From positions 1 through 12,493 of the forward strand of contig DAOVET010000078.1 of assembly GCA_030668825.1 (NCBI GenBank): DNA of 12,493 nucleotides, in the 5' to 3' direction. The notes under the pieces were generated by a model. It was not told the DNA's origin. It saw only the letters and a program-made list of their open reading frames with translations, and made no database searches. The stretch comes from Candidatus Heimdallarchaeota archaeon. GTDB taxonomy: Archaea; Asgardarchaeota; Heimdallarchaeia; Heimdallarchaeales; Heimdallarchaeaceae. The position numbers and the translations under genes are program-made. This document shows positions 6,187-12,493 of this stretch, in pieces; position 1 is the first letter of the stretch, and every line of letters starts with the position of its first letter.

Positions 6187-9018
6187 TTAAGTATTTATTG
6201 TCTCTTTAATCCCAAGAGAGAATCTTGTGAGAATGCTGTAAGCTTCATTTGGAGTTAGGATATTCTCTGAAATAAAGTCCACAACCAAAGTTTTTACTGT
6301 ACAAAAGACTAGATTTTCATCGAATTCAAGGTTTCTCTTCGTAGATATTGCGGAAACCAAGGAATTAAGTTCTCCTACATCAGTAAGCAAAATAGAAATC
6401 TCCTCAGTGGAACATTCATTGAGTATAGTGGATTTCACAACTTTTGCTCCCATATTATACTTCATGCAGTTTTTTCCGCCATCCTCCTGAAAACACAATT
6501 GTTCGCATATCAGATTTTCAGGCAGTAGTCCAGCGGAAGAAATGAAATCTAAAGTATCTTTTTCTACAATCATTTTCTTGTTAGAATCGACTTTCAATAC
6601 ATTTCTTGGTATGAAATTATCCAATTTGTTTTGCGATAGATCATGTTTTTTGCTTGCTAATTTCTTGCCTCTTCCAACAGCATTTGCGTTGCTCTGTTGA
6701 AAAATTGAAGTTCGCATATCTATGAAGCTTTTAAACAACAGCGGAAAAACGCTTCTACCATATTTTTTTAACATTTTTACCTGGTATTCTGCAAAACTAA
6801 TAGGATCTGTTATTAAGTCTAGCGTTTGAATCTTTACAGCAGAATCTGAACCTTCGAAGAACAAGAAACAATGTCGTGAAGGTAAGCTCTGAATGTTAGA
6901 TATTTCATCCTCTTCCAAATTTAGAGCCTTAGCAATGATATCTGTTTTTTCACTTGATCTGAATACAAACTTAGTAGCAGAATTACCATGAACAATTTTG
7001 CTTACACTATCCCACATTTGAAATATTGTGATGTGTCCTATACCTAGGCTTCTTCCCAATAAAAAATTATTTTCAGCAGTAATTAAAGATGCAGAGCTTT
7101 CAGAGTGATAGAAATTAGGGATTATATTGATCGCTTCTTCTAGGACTACTAAATATCTCAAATTGCGTGTCATTTCTTTTGCAGATGCTTGTCTATAGAG
7201 CATTTTGAGTATCAAATTACACACTAAAAAAATATCTGAGGGTCTTGCTGCTCTTCTTTGAAATTGGCTTAAATCAAGAATAATACTCTTACCTTTATCT
7301 AGAAGTGAAAGATCTAAAGTGGTTCTCATAGCCCCTAGAATCTCAAAATTAATCGGATTGAAAATGAAATTCAATCTATTCAAAACAGCATCTATTGTCT
7401 GCTGTAAATAGGTAATGTTGGAATGAGTTTGTAATTCGCGTGAAACCTTGAAGATATTTTCCACAAAGACTTGTAAATTCCTCTTTGGGGAGCTGTGAGT
7501 TAATATGAGCGCACTCTCAAACAGATTCTTCATTGCAGGTGTAAACTCTTGATTTGAAGAAACCAGCATTTCCTCAATAATTAGCAAAGTATTATGTAAA
7601 TCATCCGAATCAGTGGTTTCAAAAATATTCAAACATAATGGATGGGGTTTTCCAATTGTGTATATCTCAACATTTGGGTGGTCTGTGAATGTTCTAGCAT
7701 ATTCACCCTTAATATCGAAAACTAATGTACTGACCTTATTTTCCAGTAGTTGTCCAATAACAGAGGTGATTAAGTAAGATTTTCCTCGACCAATTTGCCC
7801 TGCAACCTCAAGATTAAGCAAGAAATCTTTTAAGCTAAGGAAAATCTCTTTTCCCACATCACTGTCACCTACCATTTTACCAACAAGGATTTGTTCATCT
7901 TCACCCCTTAGAAAAGAAGTGCCAAAACCATCTTTCACAGCACTAACGGGTAAAGATCCACCCCTATAAGCCATAGGAACATGCACTAAGGAAGCGACAT
8001 CATCAATTAATACAGATTCTTTCTTACGAATTGGGGAAAAAACTAGATTGAGGAAATTCTTGTTAGGTGCTATAATTTTTCTTTTCTTTTTGGACAAACC
8101 AGACGCATTTAAAATAAATGACTCTGTAGCATTGTCTTCAGATAGAAGAAGAAGATCAAAAACAATTTTCTTGGATTCTCTCCTTTTCTTATCTGTCTTA
8201 ATGATAAAACAAGTATCCTTTATATCATTCTTAACAAAGATGTTATACATTTGATCAGTCATGTTAAATTGAGTAATCAACTCAGAAGAAGATTCAATTT
8301 TACTCTTGGCTTTCATTTGATTCAGAGCTTGAACAAGATCTTTAGTCTGATCACCATTCAAAGTTTTAATTCTGCAATCATAATGACTATCAATGGAATT
8401 AGAAATGAAGATAATGTCTCGATTTAATCGTTGATTAGTTCTGTCCTTTAACCAACCTCTAGAAATAACTGGAAAAAATATGCTTACTCCCTTAGCATGT
8501 TTATAAATTGCTAACATTTTATCTTTTGTTCTCAATGAAAGACAATTAACGAAGGCTTCGTGAATCTTGTTAGCATAGCTACTGTGATTAAATTTATTGT
8601 TGCCATTTCCTATTGAGGAAGAAACCATTACTACACCAATCTTTCTAAAAAAGAAGGGTAGAAACAATTTCTTTTGAGTGTAGAATTTTGCATCATCAAT
8701 GTTGTAGAAAGGTAATAATCTAACTGCAATGAAAATTAAGAGTATAGCTGAAATTGAGGAAATGAAGGCCAAATTAGTAAAGAGAGTAACAAAGAGACCT
8801 TTCAAGAAAAGAGCAGTTTTTTCACTGAAAGCGGCTATAGAAACGAAAAAATCAGATGGAAACAATTTCAGTAACTCTGGAAAGAGAAATATAAAAGAAA
8901 CAAAACCAATAACAATTACACAAATCCAAGGAAGAATCACTCTAATAATCCTTCTAGTATTAGTTTGTTGTTGTTTATTAGAATTATAACGAAACTGCAA
9001 TTTCTTCTTTTTAGCCAT
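6187..9018 (-). CDS. Membrane-anchored HerA/FtsK-superfamily ATPase (DUF87/VirB4/coupling-protein-like)
   Basis: Basic N-terminus and two hydrophobic helices; Walker A GQIGRGKS, FDIKGEY, Walker B LVVLEEA, arginine-finger/glutamine motif GRSLGIGHITIFQ; SD AGGTGG upstream. Confidence 0.85.
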   Translation of the reverse strand: MAKKKKLQFRYNSNKQQQTNTRRIIRVILPWICVIVIGFVSFIFLFPELLKLFPSDFFVSIAAFSEKTALFLKGLFVTLFTNLAFISSISAILLIFIAVRLLPFYNIDDAKFYTQKKLFLPFFFRKIGVVMVSSSIGNGNNKFNHSSYANKIHEAFVNCLSLRTKDKMLAIYKHAKGVSIFFPVISRGWLKDRTNQRLNRDIIFISNSIDSHYDCRIKTLNGDQTKDLVQALNQMKAKSKIESSSELITQFNMTDQMYNIFVKNDIKDTCFIIKTDKKRRESKKIVFDLLLLSEDNATESFILNASGLSKKKRKIIAPNKNFLNLVFSPIRKKESVLIDDVASLVHVPMAYRGGSLPVSAVKDGFGTSFLRGEDEQILVGKMVGDSDVGKEIFLSLKDFLLNLEVAGQIGRGKSYLITSVIGQLLENKVSTLVFDIKGEYARTFTDHPNVEIYTIGKPHPLCLNIFETTDSDDLHNTLLIIEEMLVSSNQEFTPAMKNLFESALILTHSSPKRNLQVFVENIFKVSRELQTHSNITYLQQTIDAVLNRLNFIFNPINFEILGAMRTTLDLSLLDKGKSIILDLSQFQRRAARPSDIFLVCNLILKMLYRQASAKEMTRNLRYLVVLEEAINIIPNFYHSESSASLITAENNFLLGRSLGIGHITIFQMWDSVSKIVHGNSATKFVFRSSEKTDIIAKALNLEEDEISNIQSLPSRHCFLFFEGSDSAVKIQTLDLITDPISFAEYQVKMLKKYGRSVFPLLFKSFIDMRTSIFQQSNANAVGRGKKLASKKHDLSQNKLDNFIPRNVLKVDSNKKMIVEKDTLDFISSAGLLPENLICEQLCFQEDGGKNCMKYNMGAKVVKSTILNECSTEEISILLTDVGELNSLVSAISTKRNLEFDENLVFCTVKTLVVDFISENILTPNEAYSILTRFSLGIKETINT

Positions 9019-9161
9019 AGTATATTGACCACCTTAGGATATAAAAATACCAAAAAAAGTGTGAAAACTATATTTTTCCAATTAGATGTTGGCACAAAAT
9101 GTTTTGGGAGCTTAATATCTTTTCTTGAGGTAAATATCAGTAAAACTATCCGAGATGAAAT

Positions 9162-9224
9162 ATGATGCGATATTACGACCCAACAGACGACGATGATTGC
9201 TTACCACCTGAATGGTACCCTTAA
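9162..9224 (+). CDS. Candidate 20-aa micropeptide MMRYYDPTDDDDCLPPEWYP
   Basis: Below the ORF-track cutoff. TATA-like CTTAATAT at 9111-9118, SD-like GAGATGA at 9152-9158, 28/63 G+C in an AT-rich spacer, and immediately followed by a hairpin plus T-tract. Confidence 0.55.
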   Translation: MMRYYDPTDDDDCLPPEWYP

Positions 9225-9263
9225 AAGGATAATTCCGTTTGGAAACCTTTTTTATTTTTTATT
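9223..9263 (+). terminator. Hairpin plus oligo-T terminator after the micropeptide ORF
   Basis: AAAAGG(9223-9228)/CCTTTT(9246-9251) and TTCC/GGAA around loop GTTT, then TTTTTTATTTTTTATTT on the plus strand. Confidence 0.6.
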
Positions 9264-9273
9264 TCAAATTATT

Positions 9274-10950
9274 TCATTTACTATCGAGAAATTCAACAAC
9301 CATCTGTTTTGATTGTTTATCATAAATATCAGCAAAAGCTGTCTGTTGAAACTTATCAACTAAAGAATCTATAGCTTTTGTAGAGGTTATTAACTTTAGA
9401 AAAAGATTCACCTCTTCTGCCATTTTTATAAAATTGTTATTTTTACAAAAAATAGCCAAATCACCAAATTCTTCTAACACCTCTTTATTTGCTGGATTTT
9501 CCAAGTATCTTTTTAGCAACTTGAATAGTTTAATCCACAACTTTAGAACAGGGGTATCTGCTTGATCTTCTTGTGCGCTTATTTTCAAAACAACTTCTCT
9601 AAATTCTTCGAAATTACCAATGGATACATAAATTTTTCCAAGCACAATATCTGCATATAATGGATTATAAACATAATCTCTAATAAGTCTGAGATTGTCG
9701 ATTGTTTTATCTGTAGCAGTAAAGGCTTCTAAGGAAAGTAATTGCTGATGAATCAGCAAATTAAACTCATCAAGGTTTGTTCTTTTTTTAATCTTAATTT
9801 CATTTAGATGTTGTTCATCTAATGTATTATCAAATAGCAGTTCTTCTGATAAATTAGAATTTTCAATAAGCGTTTTTGTATAGTTATGAATCTTTCGTAG
9901 TTTTTCATCTTCAATATTTTCAATATTAATATCAAGTTGAGCAAAAATAAATAATAGCGTATAATATGCTCCAAAATATAATCTCTTCATTTTGATACCT
10001 TGATAATTTTGTTTCACAAAATCACTTTCTATGAAATTTAAAAATTCCATTAAAGTATCATAAGACAACTGAAATTTTCCTTGAAAAGCATAACATCTGC
10101 ATAGCAGCTTTAGAATCTCAATATATTCATACATCTTTGTTTTTTGAGAGCTAGATTCTTTCACTCTATTGTACGCATCTGAGAGAAAATGAATTGCTTC
10201 ATCAATTCTAGATCTAATTGCAAAAACCCTTCCAACAAATGAGTAGAGTAAAGCAAAGTGACTGTCAAGTATGCTATCTTGCATTCTCTCTTCTTCAAAG
10301 ACCCAATAAATTAGCTGTTTGAATTTTTCTTTTTTCCCTAAAAAACTATAATATCTAAGCAATCTAAAAATCCCTGTAATCATCGGTAAAGTATTTTGAT
10401 TCGAATGCCAATATTTGACACACTTTTCAACATTTTTTATAACTTCTAGGTGATTTTTATTATTCATCCATGAGAAAATACTAAACGTATAAAGAATTCT
10501 GTAATAGGTGTCAGGGTATTGTTCTCTTTTAATTTCTATTGTACTCATTGCATCAGATATTAGTGAATTTGAATCTTTAACTAAACCAACAAGTCGTTTT
10601 ACCAGAGACTTTGAAAGAGAAACATAAGCAAGATGTTCTACATTTTGAGATTTTGCGGCGATAGATTCCATTCTTTTTAGAATTTGTTTGACTTCATTTA
10701 GATTCTGCTCATAATAGTAGATTTGCTGAAAGTAGAGATTTAGAATTTTTAAACGTAAATCTTCACTTTCGATATCATCAATGTTGATAGATATGCTATT
10801 CAGAACAGAAGCTAATTCAAGTGATCTTTCATTAGTACACACAAGTTCTAAATCATCTATGTAATTTTCTAAAAAGGACAAATCATGTAAAAATCTTTTA
10901 TTTTCAAGTATTCTTTTCTTTGCTCTTTGAAACTCTTCAGTATCTAGCAT
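9274..10950 (-). CDS. TPR-like alpha-helical repeat hypothetical protein
   Basis: 558 aa with TPR-type helix pairs (ALLYSFVGRVFAIRSRIDEAIHFLSDAY; LCRCYAFQGKFQLSYDTL; LGKIYVSIGNFEEF); no catalytic motif recognised. Confidence 0.75.
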   Translation of the reverse strand: MLDTEEFQRAKKRILENKRFLHDLSFLENYIDDLELVCTNERSLELASVLNSISINIDDIESEDLRLKILNLYFQQIYYYEQNLNEVKQILKRMESIAAKSQNVEHLAYVSLSKSLVKRLVGLVKDSNSLISDAMSTIEIKREQYPDTYYRILYTFSIFSWMNNKNHLEVIKNVEKCVKYWHSNQNTLPMITGIFRLLRYYSFLGKKEKFKQLIYWVFEEERMQDSILDSHFALLYSFVGRVFAIRSRIDEAIHFLSDAYNRVKESSSQKTKMYEYIEILKLLCRCYAFQGKFQLSYDTLMEFLNFIESDFVKQNYQGIKMKRLYFGAYYTLLFIFAQLDINIENIEDEKLRKIHNYTKTLIENSNLSEELLFDNTLDEQHLNEIKIKKRTNLDEFNLLIHQQLLSLEAFTATDKTIDNLRLIRDYVYNPLYADIVLGKIYVSIGNFEEFREVVLKISAQEDQADTPVLKLWIKLFKLLKRYLENPANKEVLEEFGDLAIFCKNNNFIKMAEEVNLFLKLITSTKAIDSLVDKFQQTAFADIYDKQSKQMVVEFLDSK

Positions 10951-11028
10951 ACTTTATCCCCACAATACCTTTCCTCAAAGATCTGATATCAATTGTTAGT
11001 TTTACTTTGTATAATTTAAGAGAAAAAG

Positions 11029-11036
11029 GTATAAAA
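11029..11036 (-). promoter_or_regulatory. Putative TATA box of the TPR-like gene
   Basis: TTTTATAC preceded by CGAAGACG; predicted TSS near 11006, leaving a ~55-nt leader. Confidence 0.45.
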
Positions 11037-11072
11037 CGTCTTCGCATACAATTAGTTGTTTGAATAAAAGAA

Positions 11073-11143
11073 AGAAATAGAGGGATTCCCCCGATTGCTA
11101 AAAAAGCTAAACTATCCTTTCCTTATCACCACCCTCTATTTCT
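11073..11143 (-). repeat. Perfect 12-bp inverted repeat closing a candidate small RNA or attenuator
   Basis: AGAAATAGAGGG (11073-11084) and CCCTCTATTTCT (11132-11143) with a 47-nt spacer; followed on the minus strand by TTCTTTTATT. Confidence 0.7.
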
Positions 11144-11229
11144 CATAGGTGGTACTAGAGAATTATCTTTAATCTCCAAAGAAAAATTGTGTCAAATACT
11201 TTCAGAGTTAATTTACCTCTTTTAAGCCT

Positions 11230-11502
11230 CTAAACTGTGAATATTCTGGAAACTGTACAACGGAAAAAAGAGCAAAGTATATATATCGAACTCCATTTAA
11301 GTATATTGCCACGAACAGTCAGACTTATGTCTGATGAGTGGATGTTAAGCCATGTCTTTAGAGCGGGTTCGGCTAAAAGAATCCGCTCCTTTACGTTTAC
11401 TGATTCTTCTGAATTTACGATTGGTTTTTTGTAGCGGCAAAAAACACTTAAATCGCAACCAATAAAAGAGAAGAGACAGTAATCATATCTGCAAGTGTGC
11501 AA
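11230..11502 (-). pseudogene. Possible decayed membrane-protein fragment
   Basis: One frame reads MITVSSLLLVAI*VFFAAT and a neighbouring frame continues KKPIVNSEESVNVKERILLAEPALKTWL...WSSIYILCSFF, a hydrophobic-loop-hydrophobic pattern broken by a stop and a frameshift at an A-run. Weak evidence. Confidence 0.2.
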
Positions 11503-11540
11503 TATTAGTTATTGGAGGCTGTCTACAATAAGCCGTTTAA

Positions 11541-11554
11541 CGATAACTTAAAAA
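11541..11554 (+). promoter_or_regulatory. Putative BRE/TATA of the 16S rRNA gene
   Basis: CGATAA-CTTAAAAA; predicted TSS near 11576, giving a ~190-nt leader with short hairpins (AGAAC/GTTCT, TCTG/CAGA, ACAC/GTGT). Confidence 0.45.
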
Positions 11555-11762
11555 ACCCTTGCAAAACATAAAAAAGTACTGTATGAATTTTACACTCACC
11601 TCCAAGGAAAACAAGAACTCCGAGATGTTCTGATGCTACAGAAATTTAGAGAATTTTAAGGAACAAATTTAGTATGTACAAAAAACACTAGTACGTGTAT
11701 GTGCGCTAAAAAAGTTCAATTCATGGAAGATAGCAAATAGATCGTATCATAATCGAATCAGG

Positions 11763-12493
11763 AAGCCGGTTGATCATGCCGGACCTAGGTGCTATCAGAT
11801 TCGCAATAGACATGCAAGTTTAATGTCTCTTCGGAGGCATGGCGAAAGGCTCAGTAACACGTCGCCAATCTGCCCTATGGACGGGGATAACCTTGGGAAA
11901 CTAAGACTAATACCCGATAGGTATGGAATTCTGGAAGGAGCCAATACTAAAATGGGCTTCGGTTTGCCATAGGATGAGGCCGCGGCCGATTAGCTAGTAA
12001 GTGATGTAAAGGATCACTTAGGCAATGATCGGTAGGGGTAATGAGAGTTAGCGCCCCGAGAAGGACACTTAGACACTGGTCCTAGCACTACGGTGTGCAG
12101 CAGTTAGGAATTGTGCCCAATGCGCGAAAGCGTGAGACCGCGAATCTGAGTGCCAGGGAGAACCCTGGCTGTGATGGAGTGTTCGTAGCTCCAACAGCAA
12201 GCAGAGGGCAAGGCTGGTGCCAGCCGCCGCGGTAAAACCAGCTCTGCGAGTGCCTAGGACGATTATTGGGCTTAAAGCATCCGTAGCCGGGTAAGTAGGT
12301 CTCTGATTAAATCTGCAAGCTTAACTTGTAGGCTGTCAGAGATACCACTAACCTAGGGAATAGGAGAGGTGAACGGTACTGCGAGAGAAGCGGTGAAATG
12401 CGTTGATTCTCGCAGGACCCACAGTGGCGAAGGCGGTTCACTGGAATATCTCCGACGGTGATGGATGAAAGCCAGGGGAGCGAAAGGGATTAG
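11763..12493 (+). rRNA. rrs: Archaeal 16S rRNA, 5' part (truncated at the window end)
   Basis: CCGGTTGATCATGCCGGA 5' motif, CATGCAAGT, GGCTCAGTAACACGT, GTGCCAGCCGCCGCGGTAA (12217-12235), GGTGAAATGC, ending in GGATTAG; sharp rise in G+C. Confidence 0.99.

Noticed and set aside
8048-8254. 68-aa hydrophobic plus-strand ORF
   Set aside because: Antisense to a Lys-rich part of the ATPase gene, which explains its Phe/Leu content.
8729-9165. 86-aa and 66-aa plus-strand ORFs
   Set aside because: The first mirrors the TM-coding region of the ATPase; the second overlaps the ATPase start and crosses the promoter spacer; neither looks like a real protein.
6187-10950. Integrated conjugative element or provirus
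   Set aside because: No integrase, relaxase, transposase, capsid gene, tRNA target or att-like direct repeat is visible.
11237-11434. 65-aa plus-strand ORF
   Set aside because: GTG start without SD, no motif, and fully overlapped by an equally weak opposite-strand ORF.
11763-12493. Intron or large insertion in the 16S gene
   Set aside because: About 730 nt from the 5' end to GGATTAG is the normal archaeal length.

Overview
AT-rich archaeal window, very probably from an Asgard archaeon (possibly Heimdallarchaeia). This is inferred from a divergent archaeal 16S gene, an archaeal L1-P0-P1 operon and several eukaryote-like signalling proteins. Left to right: (1) 5' end of a minus-strand gene with a DDRGK1/UFL1-like winged-helix pattern; (2) a compact plus-strand cluster of KaiC-like ATPase, Roadblock/LC7, FIST sensor, Rab/Roc-like small GTPase and a small CxxC/HxxxH protein, which looks like a complete signalling module; (3) the minus-strand rpl1-rplP0-rpl12 operon, with no adjacent rpl11 and a kink-turn-like leader hairpin; (4) a membrane-anchored HerA/VirB4/coupling-protein-like ATPase; (5) a TPR-like helical protein flanked by an unannotated 20-aa peptide ORF (MMRYYDPTDDDDCLPPEWYP, with its own putative promoter and terminator) and by a candidate structured small RNA, both preceded by a similar 27-nt motif; (6) the leader and first ~730 nt of a 16S rRNA gene. 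All family assignments come from motif recognition by eye; no database search was run.
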